Assembly (NCBI GenBank): GCA_963849325.1
Contig: CAWKHF010000006.1
Location: 512,001-576,000, forward strand
Source: an uncultured Planctomycetota bacterium
GTDB taxonomy: Bacteria; Planctomycetota; Planctomycetia; Gemmatales; Gemmataceae
DNA: 64,000 bases
Direction: 5' to 3'
The notes beneath the pieces were generated by a model. It saw nothing but the letters and a program-made list of their open reading frames with translations, was not told the origin of the DNA and made no database searches. Shown piece by piece: positions 34,580 through 45,516 of this stretch. Numbering within the stretch: position 1 is the stretch's first letter; each line of letters begins with the position of its first letter. The position numbers and the translations under genes are program-made.

Positions 34580-36738
34580 CGGCCTGGTGGACGGTTTCAT
34601 CCGCAGGTTCTTCACCAGGAACGCCCACTGGTCGGCCACCTCCTCGATCAGCTTGGCCGTCGGCTTGCCGGCGCCGTGGCCGGCGCGCGTCTCGATGCGG
34701 GCCAGCACCGGCGCGTCGCCGGCCTGGCAGTATTGCAGCATGGCGATGAACTTGAAGCTGTGGCCCGGCACCACGCGGTCGTCGGTGTCCGCCGTCGTCA
34801 CCAGCGTGGCCGGGTATTTCGTGCCCTTTTTCAGGTTGTGATACGGCGAATAGGCGTACAGCGCCTTGAACTCCTCCGGCGTTGTCCGGCGAGCCGTAGT
34901 CGTCCACCCAGAAGCGGCCGGCGGTGAACTTGTGGAAGCGCAGCATGTCCATGACGCCGACGGCCGGCAGGCAGGCGCCGAACAGGTCCGGCCGCTGCGT
35001 CATGACGGCGCCGACGAGCAGGCCGCCGTTGCTGCCGCCCTGGATGGCCAGGCGATCCGGCCGCGTGTACTTGTTGTCGATCAGCCACTCGGCCGCGGCG
35101 ATGAAGTCGTCGAAGACGTTCTGCTTGCTGCAGCTTCGTGCCGGCCTCGTGCCACTCCTTGCCGTACTCGCCGCCGCCGCGGAGGTTGGCCTGCGCGAAC
35201 ACGCCGCCCATCTCCAGCCAGGCCGCGCGGCTGATCGAGAAAGCCGGCGTCAGCGGGATGTTGAAGCCGCCGTAGCCGTAGAGCAGCGTCGGGTTCGAGC
35301 CGTCCAGCTTGAGGCCCTTCTTCGCGCGTGATGAACATCGGCACCTCGCGTGCCGTCCTTGCTCGTGTAGAAGACCTGCTTGACCTCGTAATCGTCCGGA
35401 TTGAACTTCACCTTGGCCCGGCGGATCAGCTTGCTCTTGCCGGTGACCAGGTCGTAGCGGTAGATGCTCGGCGGCGTGGCGAAGCTGGAGAAGGAGTAGA
35501 ACGTCTCGGTGTCGGTGCGCTTGCCGCCGAAGCCGCTCGCCGTGCCGATGCCGGGGAACTCGACCTCGCGGACGAACGTGCCGTCCAGGGCGTACAGCTT
35601 GACCTGCGTGCGCGCGTCCTTGAGGTAGTGGGCGACGAACAGGTTGCCGACCAGGTCCGACGCCGCTCAGGTTCTCCTTCGCTTCGGGGATGATCTCTTT
35701 CCAGTTCGCCGCGCTCCGGCTTGCGCGTGTCGATGGCGATGAGCCGGCCCTTCGGAGCGTCGCAGGTCGGTCTTGAAGTAGAAGACCGGGCCGTCGTTGC
35801 CGACGAAGCTGTATTCGTTGTCGAAGTCCTCGATGAGGTCGACCGGCATGCGCGTACGGCTCGCCGAGGTCCTTGTAGGTGATGCGGTACTGGTGATTGG
35901 TGCCCTTCCAGATGGTGAGGACGAGATAGCGGCCGTCCTCGGTGACGTGCGTTTGAAAGCCCCAGTCGGGATGGTCGGGCCGGCGGTAGACGAGCACGTC
36001 GTCGGCCTGCGGCGTGCCGAGGCGGTGGTAGTAGACCTTCTGGTTGAGCGTTGACCTTCTGAAACGTCTCGCCGGCCTTCGGCTCGTCGAAGCGGCTGTA
36101 GAAGAAGCCCTTGCCGTCCGTGGTCCAGGACGCGCCGCTGTACTTGATCCACTTCACCTCGTCGGCGAGCACCTTGCCCGTGGCCACGTCGAGGACGTGC
36201 CAGGTCTGCCAGTCGGAGCCGGCCTCGGCGACGCCGTAGGCGAGGTACTTGCCGTCGTCGCTGACCTCCAGGCCCGCCAGGGCGACGGTGCCGTCCTTCG
36301 ACCACTTGTTGGGATCGAGCAGCACGCGCGGCTCGCCGTCGAGCGCGTCCATCGTGTACAGCACGGACTGGTTTTGCAGGCCGTCGTTCTTGGTGTAGAA
36401 GTAGCGGCCGCCGGCCTTGAAGGGGGCGGAGTAGCTTCTCGTAGTTCCACAGCTCGGTGAGGCGCTTGTGGATCGCCTCGCGCTGGGGGATGGCGTGCAG
36501 ATAGGCGAAGGTGAGCTTGTTTTCCTCGGCGACCCACTCGGCCACCTCCGGCGACTTGCGCACGTCGTCTTCCAGCCAGCGGTAGGGGTCGGCGACCTTG
36601 GTGCCGTGGTAGTCGTCGGTATGGTTGATGCGTTTGGTCTTGGGATACGACAATCGCGCTTTCATCGGCCAGAATGGTTGTCATGCTGAACAGTATGCTC
36701 GCGAGGAAGAAAACGCCCCAGGTGTTACGCGGTAACAT
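34571..36738 (-). CDS. Prolyl oligopeptidase (S9A), many frameshifts
   Basis: [44 protein letters not shown]. Confidence 0.92.
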
Positions 36739-36923
36739 CACAAGCTCCTTTCGCCGGGGGACGGTGTCGTCTGGGGATAGAGTGTATCGAGTCTCTCCTG
36801 TGCCTGCCACGACGAAGCGCGGGAAGGAACAGGACCGCACGTGAGAATCCGGGAACGGAGGGCAGGCATCCCATTGCTACCATGCTGGACGAGGTTATCA
36901 GCGAGGTGTATAAAATTCAGTTA

Positions 36924-37024
36924 GAGGCACTAACCAAATAGGCGAGCGGGGGGCGTAAGCCCCCTGTTGACGGCGAAAAAACAGGGGGCTTACGCCCCCC
37001 GCTCGCCAAAAAGTTACACGCCTC
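36924..37024. mobile_element. MITE-like shell (GAGGC..TAAC termini, TTA duplication) enclosing a GGCGAGCGGGGGGCGTAAGCCCCCTG REP
   Basis: tta|GAGGCACTAACC...AAGTTACACGCCTC|tta. Confidence 0.65.
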
Positions 37025-37158
37025 TTAGATTCAGCGAGACACATGGTCTGTCTGTCCCGACGGAGAACACCGCCCATGATTCGCTTTGCCCGCCCAAACT
37101 TGTCTAACCGTTCTCCCATCATCTCTCCAACGACAGGCAACTCCAGGAGTCTCTCTCC

Positions 37159-39039
37159 ATGCCTATCCACTTCCGTTGCACGAGTTGCGGGCATCTTCTC
37201 TCCATCGGCAGGCGAAAAGCGGGCATCGAGACCGCTTGTCCCATCTGCCGCCATCCGCAAAAGGTTCCCCATCAGACAAATGCGGAGCCGCCCATTAGCT
37301 CTGGACCGGAACGAGCGGCTCAATCTTGCCGCCCGGTGGGTATAGCGGCCCGTTTCGTCAGCTTGACGCTCGGCTTAGCGATACTGGGTTTGCTCGGCTG
37401 GATAATGTGGACTTTCCCCCGTTTTTCGCGTCCGCCCGGTGAGCAACGGCCTCCCGACGATGAACAGCTGGCGAGCTTGGCGCGAATTAATCCTCTATTG
37501 CAACCCGAGGTCGAAGTTTCGCCGAGAAGCCCTCCTGTTCCTTTGCCGACGCGAAGACCGCTTCCGCCTCCGCCTGTTCCTCTCGCCGACGCCCAGAAAC
37601 CACCCTCCGACCCGCCGCCTGCAGTCAGGAAACCGGACAAGCGTCCTCCGCCTGGTCTGCCGAGTCCCGCAAACGATACTCCTAAGAAGAAACCACCTTC
37701 GCCCCCCACGAAGCAGGAAGAGGCCGACGCGATCGGCAACGAACTGCTCAAGGCCGCGCCCGAACAACAAGACGTGTTGTTGGAAAAACTGCGGACAGGT
37801 AAGGGGTCGGAGTACACGCAGGCGCTGGCCGCCGCCATCGGCCGGCTTTCCGGTGCAGCCAAGTCCAGGGCACGCCAGACCCTGGCTGAACGGCTGACGC
37901 GATTTACCTCTCCTACCTTGCTCGCCTACCTCGGGAGCGAAGACGCCGAGCTGCGCCGTGCCGCCGCTCTGGCTCTGGGCATGAAGGACGATAAGGACCA
38001 CATTAGTGAACTAATCGATTTGTTGGAAGATCCCGATCCATCCGTTGTACGGGCCGCTCATGCCTCCTTGAAAAGTCTAACGAGCGCGGATTCCGCCCGT
38101 GGGGCCGAGGCTGTCTCCGAGAAACCTGCCGAGGCGGGGCCGGCGCGAACACCCCCGCCGAGAGAAAAACCCGCGATCCCGCGGCGTCCAACGCCCTCCG
38201 CCGAAGGGGAAGCTCCAGCCACGGATTCGCCGGCGTCCAGGAAGAAGGCGCCAGCAAAGGACGACGACCTGCCGGACGTGGCCCTTGTACCGCCCGAGGA
38301 AACGTCTTCGGAGATGAAAGCCTTTCTCCGCGCCGTTGCCGTTGGCCTTTCCTCCGGGAAAGTTCCCGAACGGATCAAGGCCGCCCGAACGCTGGGCGAG
38401 CTGGGCGAGCAGGCCAAACCCGCTCGCCGTCTGCTCTGTGCCGCCATGCTCGATCCCGTCGCCGCTGTCCGCGTGGCGGCCGCCGACGCCCTCAAGAACA
38501 TCGATCCCAAGATGCACTATCTGGCTGTCGTGCTGGCGACCGAGAGGGTGGGAAGCGGGGCGGACGCTTCCCGAGTTGCCACCCTGCTTGGAAAAATTCA
38601 AAAGCTGGAGGACGATGGAGAGCCACTGGCGCCGCTCGTTGCCTACGTGGTCAAGTTTTCGGCAAGCAATGGGACTAATCACCTTCTCATCACGGCCTTG
38701 ACCACGCTGAGCCGAATCGGCCGGAAGGATTTGTCGTCGTACCGGGTCGTCGCTTCGGCGTTGACGAACCGCGATCCCTTCATCCGGACCATTGCGCTGC
38801 GAGGGTTAGTCCGCATGAAACATGGAAAGCTGGCCGTCTCCAGAATCCTTGCCCTTCTGCGAATCGATCTCCCCGTCAACCGCATTGCCGCGATCGAGGC
38901 TCTGGCAGTTTTAGCCGATGAGAGTACCGAAGAGATCATCGCGGAAGCCATCGCGGCTCAGCGCTACCACCATGATGAAGGAGTCCGCCAAGCCGTCGAA
39001 ACGGCCCTTAACAAACTGGAGAACAAACGAAATCCGTAA
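37159..39039 (+). CDS. Zn-ribbon + TM + Pro-rich + HEAT-repeat protein
   Basis: MPIHFRCTSCG...CPIC, TM helix, LRRAAALALG, VRVAAADAL. Confidence 0.8.
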   Translation: MPIHFRCTSCGHLLSIGRRKAGIETACPICRHPQKVPHQTNAEPPISSGPERAAQSCRPVGIAARFVSLTLGLAILGLLGWIMWTFPRFSRPPGEQRPPDDEQLASLARINPLLQPEVEVSPRSPPVPLPTRRPLPPPPVPLADAQKPPSDPPPAVRKPDKRPPPGLPSPANDTPKKKPPSPPTKQEEADAIGNELLKAAPEQQDVLLEKLRTGKGSEYTQALAAAIGRLSGAAKSRARQTLAERLTRFTSPTLLAYLGSEDAELRRAAALALGMKDDKDHISELIDLLEDPDPSVVRAAHASLKSLTSADSARGAEAVSEKPAEAGPARTPPPREKPAIPRRPTPSAEGEAPATDSPASRKKAPAKDDDLPDVALVPPEETSSEMKAFLRAVAVGLSSGKVPERIKAARTLGELGEQAKPARRLLCAAMLDPVAAVRVAAADALKNIDPKMHYLAVVLATERVGSGADASRVATLLGKIQKLEDDGEPLAPLVAYVVKFSASNGTNHLLITALTTLSRIGRKDLSSYRVVASALTNRDPFIRTIALRGLVRMKHGKLAVSRILALLRIDLPVNRIAAIEALAVLADESTEEIIAEAIAAQRYHHDEGVRQAVETALNKLENKRNP

Positions 39040-39052
39040 CCGGAGAACAACC

Positions 39053-39920
39053 ATGCGAAGCAAGCTTGCGATCGTGCCTTTCTGTCTGCTGTTGGCGACA
39101 GCCGTGGGAGCCGATGGACCGGAGTTGAAGACGCAGAGGCAGCCGTCTACTGTCCGCCACGGCACAGCTATCGATTTCGTGGATACTCCCGTCGAGGCGG
39201 CGAAGCTGGCCGCCAAGCAGAAGAAACTCGTCCTGGTCGTACACGTGTCGGGCTACTTCGAGGATCCGGACTTCACCTGAAACAACGCCGAGGCGCTCCG
39301 TGTGAACGCTCTAGCCGACCGCACAGTAGGCGAGCTGGTGAACAAGCACTTCATCGCGTCTTTCCAGCGCGTGGGCAGCTTCAAGATCGAGGGCAAGCAG
39401 AAGCAAGGGGGGAACGTGGCAACCTACTTCTGCGCCGGATGGTCGCGTTCTCAACGCCATTGCCGGCCCGGTAGACGCCAGGACGATGCTCGAAGAAACG
39501 CAATGGACGATTCAGAAAACGCGCGATGCGATCAAGGAGAGCAAGGGCAACGCCGACAAGTTCAAGGGGCTGCTGCGGAAATATCATGCCGAGCGGCTAC
39601 AAGACCAGTATGGCGCCCGCGTCACGCCGATCCTGAAGGACCAGACCATGCAGGATCTGAAGACGGCCCTGGCTTACCGGGATAAAGACGGCCGGAAGTT
39701 GGCTCCGGTTCTGCCGCTGCCGCCCATCGAGAACAAGGAAGAAGTGAAGCCGTTGTCCAACCTCGGCAAGACGCACCGGCTCTTGGCGGCGCATGCGGGA
39801 GCGAAGATTGAACAAATCTATGGCGCCGTGTTCCAGGGCATCCTGAACGAGAAGGTGACAACCAAGCCGGTCCAGACGAAGGACCCGTTTCCCTGGCGGA
39901 AAGAGATCAAGACACGTTGA
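39053..39920 (+). CDS. Putative selenoprotein (in-frame TGA at 39278-39280), thioredoxin-like/SELENON-like; frameshift near 39435
   Basis: The frame continues past TGA: KLVLVVHVSGYFEDPDFT-U-NNAEALRVNALADRTVGELVNKHF. Confidence 0.7.
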
Positions 39921-40043
39921 GATGACGGTGGGATCGGTTACTGACGAGCATCCCGCCAATCATCCACCGCCATCTCATCGCTGTACTCCCGCGAACGGAG
40001 GCCGGCAGCAAACGGCCCATCGCCTGGTTAGCTTCTTGACCTC

Positions 40044-41261
40044 TCAATAATCGCGCACTGAGCCATCCGCATACGTGGGGGTCGGCCACTTGAACTTCCG
40101 TTTCGGGTCAGCGGCGACCTTCGCCATCCTGTCCTCGTCGATCTCGACGCCCAGGCCCGGTCCCTGCGGCAGCGAGGCGTAGCCGTCCTTGTCGATCGAC
40201 CAGTTCTTGCGCCACGCCGGGCGGCATGATGTGGCCGTCGATGTAGCCCTCTTGGATCAGGAACAGCGGAATCGACGCCGAGACGTGCAGGCTGGCGGTC
40301 AGGCCCAATTCGGAGCAGGTGTTGTGCGGGGCCATCGGCACGTAGTAGGCTTCGGCCAGCGCGGCGATCTTCTTGAGCTGGCTGATGCCGCCGCAGTGGC
40401 CGACGTCGGATTGCAAAATGTCGATGGCCTGATTCTGCAGGTAGGGCGATCGACCTCCCAGATGGTGCGGTCGCGCTCGCCGGTGGCCAGCGGCACCTTG
40501 ATGATCTGCTGCAGTTGCTTGAACACCTCGATGTTGCCCGGCACGGCCGGCTCCTCGATCCACATCACGTCATACGGCTCGATGGCGGCGGCGAACTGGA
40601 TGAGCAGCGGCGGCGGCATCGAGCAGTGGGCGTCGAACATGACAGCGCCGTCGGGGCCGACCCGCTTGCGGGTGTCCTGGATCATCTTCACCAGTGGAGC
40701 GATGTCGTGCATGTTGCCGGAGAAGGGATGCGGCCCGCCGGTGCCGACCTTGTGGCGCCTTGGGCGTGGGATACATGCGGATGCGCTCGCGGCACGGGCC
40801 GCCCAGCAGGCGGTAGACCGGCACGCCATGCAGCTTGCCGGTGATGTCCCACAGCGCCATGTCGATGGCCGAAAGCGTGTGGACCATGAACGGCCCGCCG
40901 CGCATGTCGCGGTGCGAGCGGTACAGCTTCTGCCAGAGGTGCTCGATGCGCGTCGGGTTCTCGCCGTCGAGCAGCTCGCAGCAGCGACTCGGCCAGGGCG
41001 CAGGCGACGCTGCGGCTCCAGGCCGGTGATCTCGCCCCAGCCGGTGATCTGGTGGTTGGTCTCGATCTTGACGTAAGCCTTCGGGCCGACGGGAATGGCC
41101 CGCAGGTTGGTGATGCGAATCGAGGAACTGCGGTCTTCGACCTTGGCGGCCGGACCCTCCCCCAATGCCGCCTCCAGTGCCATCCCGCTCGCGGCGACCG
41201 CGCCCACGGTCCCCAGCAGCGTGCGCCGATCGATGCCGCTATCTTTCGTTTGCTCGCTCAT
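40044..41261 (-). CDS. Mandelate racemase/galactonate dehydratase-like enolase-superfamily enzyme with Tat-like leader, frameshifted
   Basis: IDRRTLLG leader, SAIDMALWDITGK, FDAH, IEEP, ATGER, APHN, GPGLG, DGSVRDY. Confidence 0.88.
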
Positions 41262-41735
41262 CGTGGACTCCTGGCCAAGGCCCGGCGCGGAGTTGCGCCG
41301 GTGAAGAACAGGCTATCGGGCGGAGGCGGAGGCGGCGAAAGGAAAAGGAAAGACAGCTGCGGACCACGGAGGATATCTCAGCGAGGCCTTAACTTACGTC
41401 ATTTTTCTAGCCAACCCCTTTCGTCTTCCTCAATCCATCCCCTACAATTGATGCAGGCGGGACGGGTTTCTGGCCAACCTGTGGGACGATGACCTTGCGA
41501 TGGACTTCGAGCCGAAGCATTATTATGAAGCGGCTCAAGAGCGCCTGTTCCAGGCTGAGACGCTCTTCAACCTCTGTCCGGAGTGCCGAAAGAACCTGCG
41601 GGGCGAACGATATGCGGTCGTCGTGTACCTGGCGGGCGTGGCGGTAGAATCCATGTTCCGGGCCTACAAACTCAAGGTAGTCAGCCAATTTGACGAGAAG
41701 CACTCGCTGGACAGGTTGTTCGTCGCAAGCAGATT

Positions 41736-43066
41736 CAGTAGTTTCCGGTTCGGTCGGAACGACAAAAGGTGTAGAGGGCAATCGCAAGGCTCCTCCTGAT
41801 AATGACTTGTACCACCAAGGACATTTCAGGAGGAAGCCATGCGACACTCGGCAGTATACACTCACCCCCGCCCACGTCCAGGCCCACGCCGCCTAGCGCA
41901 TCCAAAAACATCTCCGCCTGCCAGACCACGGCCGCAAATGCACCAGCCGATACCCTGTGGACCGTCCTCTGCTACGCCGCCAGCCGCATCATCTCCCTGG
42001 CCGCTGCCTGCGCCGCCCTCCGCGATGCTCCCTCCGACAGCGCCGCCCACGATGCCTTGCTGGCCACCCTGCCCGACCTACGCCCAATTACAACGCCGCC
42101 TCAACCGCGCCCTGCAAGGCGACCTGCCCCACGCCTTACGTCGCCATCGCCAACCCCTGGCCATCGACCTCACCCTCATGCCCTACCACGGCAAACCCTT
42201 GCACCAACCCGACGAGATCTATCGCAGCCAGGCCAAGAGTGGCACCAGCCACTTCCACGCCTACGCCACCGCCTACGTCATCCGCAAAGGACGACGCTTC
42301 ACGGTCGCCCTGACGACGGTGGGCCGCCACGATGCCTTACCCGTCGTGCTCAAGCGGCTGTTGCGTGAAGCGGCCCGGGCCGGCGTCCGCCCGCGTTATC
42401 TGCTGTTGGATCGCGGCTTTTGCAGCGTGGACGTCATCCGCTACCTGCAAAACGCCCGCTACGCGTGGCTGATGCCGTTGGTGTTGCGGGGCCGCAAGGC
42501 CGACCACCCCAAGGGGCCATCGGGCAGCCGAGTCTTCGCCGGCCGCAAGCGGAGCGGTTGGGCGGCAGTACACGATGACCAACGCCGGCAAACGTCGGGC
42601 GCGGTTCCGCGGTGTGTATCAAGTGTCGCAACCGGCGGGGCGAGCGTGGACGGCATGGTCGTGAGGCGTTGGTCTATGCCTTCGGTGGGCCGTTGCGTCC
42701 GTCGTCGTATACGTGGGTGAAGGAGACGTACCGGAGTCGGTTCGCCATCGAGACGAGTTACCGGCAGATGCACCAGGCGCGGATTCGGACGTGTACGCGC
42801 GATCCGCTGCTGCGGTTGTTGTACGTGGGGATAGCGTTGCTGCTTGCGTAACGTGTGGGTGTGGTTGCATTGGCAGGTGTTGGCGCGTCGTCAGCGTGGC
42901 GGTCGGCGGATCGACCTGGGGCGTTTGAGCTTTCGCAAGATGCTGGTGTGGTTGCAACACTGGGCCGAAGCCCGTTTGGGAATCCACGATGAAATCGCCA
43001 CGGAACATCGGATGTATGAATGAGTTGGGGCATGGTATCATAATTCGAGATCACCGGAAACTACTG
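41736..43066 (+). mobile_element. ISH3-family insertion sequence (transposase ~41839-43023, frameshifted)
   Basis: TIR CAGTAGTTTCCGGT / ACCGGAAACTACTG, 5-bp TSD AGATT; LAIDLTLMPYHG, LLDRGF, YRSRFAIETSYR. Confidence 0.9.
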
Positions 43067-43126
43067 AGATTGGACTTCCGACTGGAAGATAAGTTGAAAA
43101 GCCAAAGGGAAAAGCCTCAAAAAATC

Positions 43127-43377
43127 GTAACCGTTCACCCGACCTCGGAATTCGACACACTTGACGGTGCATGACAGCTGAGGCAGAGTGAACTTTTGGC
43201 CTCTTTTGTAGCTTTGCAACGTAATTCGGCAAAATGTCAAGTTGGTGAACATGGTTAGTCACCTAGCTTCACCAGATTACCACTTTCCGGAATTACGTTG
43301 CAAAGCCCTCTTTTGTCCACAAATGGCTACGATGCCTGGGCGATAATGGCACTTCCGGAGGTCGGGTGAACGGTTAC
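43127..43377. mobile_element. IS66-like MITE (non-autonomous, 251 bp)
   Basis: TIR GTAACCGTTCACCCGACCTC / GAGGTCGGGTGAACGGTTAC; flanks AAAAAATC and GAAAAATC. Confidence 0.8.
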
Positions 43378-43606
43378 GAAAAATCAACGACCAGCTGACG
43401 CGGCTTAGAGCTGCGGTGGATGCCGTTGCTGGAGTGTGGCGGAACAATTACCGTTACGCTTCTGAGAAGCGCATCTTCCAGGATTTCTTAAAGCGAAGGG
43501 TAATCCCCGTGAAGGGAAATAAAGGCGAGGAAGTCAAGATTCTCCGGAAGAAGGCGAACTTACTTCTACGAGACGCCCGCGTGATCGTTGAAGCGGGGGA
43601 GAAATC

Positions 43607-43921
43607 ATGGACCTAAAACAGAAGATCCGGGCAGCTTTTGCTGCTACGACAGCGCTGAAGAAAGCCCGCGTCGCCAAGGTCAAGTCCCTCGGCAACCGTG
43701 TGCTTGTCTACCTCGTCTCCCCATCCTTCTCCAACAAGACCCCATTGCAGAAGCAGCGGCTAGTGTCTAAGGTCATGCGAGGAGCCAGCACGCTCACACC
43801 GGAAGACGTTCGCCGTGTCGGTTTGGTGCGCACTCTTACGCCAGCAGCGTACAACCGGATGGTGAAGGCTCGCAAAGCACGGCTCAACCAAGTTAGCGGC
43901 AAGTCAAAGAAGGACGGCTAA
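43607..43921 (+). CDS. Small basic BolA-like protein coupled to the HEPN gene
   Basis: VYLVSPSFSNKTPLQKQRLV resembles the BolA IVSxxFxGxxxxxRQRxV pattern; overlaps the HEPN stop. Confidence 0.55.
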   Translation: MDLKQKIRAAFAATTALKKARVAKVKSLGNRVLVYLVSPSFSNKTPLQKQRLVSKVMRGASTLTPEDVRRVGLVRTLTPAAYNRMVKARKARLNQVSGKSKKDG

Positions 43922-44966
43922 TGCAATCGGCTGTCCTTCCCTCCCCTCCCGGACCATGAACGGCCCCGGCAACCATTTCCCCATTGGCTCGAAACGCAAT
44001 CGGTTCCGTTCGCCAATCCCAGGACGGCAGACGAGAGCCGATGACGACCGCGAGCAGCGCTTCGGCGAGATTAAAGCGTGCCAGCCGTCGCAAACCGACG
44101 TAGGACGTGGTGAGCCGCGGATTGATCTCGATAACCACATCGCCGCTACCATTCTCGGCGTCGCCGAGGACGAGATCCATGCCGAACCAGCCGTGCAATC
44201 CCTCCACGCAACGTGCGGCTCGTTCCGCCAGGCGGCGGGCGCGATAATCCAGGCGTGTGGGCAAGGGCAGATGTCCTCCCAGGTAGCGGAAACGACCCTC
44301 GTTGGAGAGATGTTGCTCCACGGCCGGCAACGAGTGCCATTCGCTGCTGCCGGCGAGGAAGGCGACACTCACCGCCAGGCCGCGCACGTACGGTTGCCGT
44401 ATCAACTCCCCGCTCCATCCCTCGTCTTGGGCCTGTCGGCGAGCGCGGTCCAACTCGTCCTCGTTATGGACCAGGAACGTGGCCTGCGAGCCGGCCCCGA
44501 AGCGCGGTTTGCACACCAGAGGATAAGGGGAGGGGGAGGACGGCGTGGGGATTCCCGACGAAATCCAGTGACACGTCAATGTCAGCTTGTCCGCCGTCAT
44601 TCGCACCGCCGCGGAGGATGGGCCGAGTAAACGTCCTCCCTCCTCTTCGACCCAGCGACAGCGCTGAAAAAGGATGTCGTCGAACTCCGGCGCGATGAGG
44701 AGCGACCAATCGGCGTGAGCAGCCAGTGTCCGAAAGACTTGCTCTTCACTCCCAACCGGCGCGGCGTGTGGGACAACGCTCGGAGCCAATTCCGCGACGG
44801 CGGGGAGCAGACATGGATCGAGCAGCGTAATCGTCTCGATGTCGGGACAGCGAGCGAAGTCCTCCAGCACGGCGGAGAGCATGGCCCAGCCTTCGACGTG
44901 GAGAGAGGTTTCGGGACTGCCGCCCCGCCCACCGGCGCACAGGTATTCGTAGACGAAGACCTTCAT
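43893..44966 (-). CDS. ATP-grasp ligase (MfnD tyramine-glutamate ligase-like)
   Basis: MKVFVYEY, EGWAML, IAPEFD, KPRFGAGS, EINPRLTTSYVG. Confidence 0.8.
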   Translation of the reverse strand: MKVFVYEYLCAGGRGGSPETSLHVEGWAMLSAVLEDFARCPDIETITLLDPCLLPAVAELAPSVVPHAAPVGSEEQVFRTLAAHADWSLLIAPEFDDILFQRCRWVEEEGGRLLGPSSAAVRMTADKLTLTCHWISSGIPTPSSPSPYPLVCKPRFGAGSQATFLVHNEDELDRARRQAQDEGWSGELIRQPYVRGLAVSVAFLAGSSEWHSLPAVEQHLSNEGRFRYLGGHLPLPTRLDYRARRLAERAARCVEGLHGWFGMDLVLGDAENGSGDVVIEINPRLTTSYVGLRRLARFNLAEALLAVVIGSRLPSWDWRTEPIAFRANGEMVAGAVHGPGGEGRTADCISRPSLTCR

Positions 44967-44976
44967 GCGTCGGCCC

Positions 44977-45486
44977 TCAGGCGTGGCCGTTACGCTCCCG
45001 ACGGAGCCGCCCCACCTCGCGCTCGATCATGGCGCGACGGTCGGCGATGAGCTTGCGATGCTGATGCAAACCATAGCGGCGCGTGGCCCAGTAATCGAGC
45101 GCCGCCAGAAAGACCACGGCCATCAGCACAAGCAGGAAGACGATCCAGAAGCCGCCGTAAAAGCGGGCGAACAGGCGTTGCTCGTCACGGAGGGGCGCGA
45201 CATCGCCTTGTCGCTCCATCTCGGCTCGTTCGTCGGCCAACTGCTGCGCCGGCACTTCGAGATAGATCAAGGCCAGCGCCAGCATGACGCCCAGCAGGAG
45301 CAGCAGCACCGAGGTCACCAGGCGGCGGCGCGTGCGGCTGACGAGATAGGAACGCTCCTCCAGCGGCATCTCCTCGGCGTGACGCAGGCGGCGCATCGAC
45401 AGGACTTGCCGCACACCGTACAGCGCCGCCACGAACAGCAATAGCACGACAAGGACGGCGCCGAAGACGATTTGCGACCAACCCAC
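44977..45486 (-). CDS. Hypothetical membrane protein (3 TM)
   Basis: Three hydrophobic segments. Confidence 0.7.
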   Translation of the reverse strand: MGWSQIVFGAVLVVLLLFVAALYGVRQVLSMRRLRHAEEMPLEERSYLVSRTRRRLVTSVLLLLLGVMLALALIYLEVPAQQLADERAEMERQGDVAPLRDEQRLFARFYGGFWIVFLLVLMAVVFLAALDYWATRRYGLHQHRKLIADRRAMIEREVGRLRRERNGHA

Positions 45487-45516
45487 GATGAGGCTCCACG
45501 GAGGCGGAAAGCGCTT

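Larger units (their letters stand above)
41500..43616 (+). pseudogene. HEPN-like protein gene interrupted by two insertions
   Basis: YLAGVAVE, HSLDRL, W..NYRY; removing both elements restores one reading frame. Confidence 0.75.

Noticed and set aside
40056-40073. Third copy of the TGAGCCATCCGC motif as a mobile-element end
   Set aside because: It simply encodes the ADGSV C-terminal residues of the dehydratase on the minus strand.
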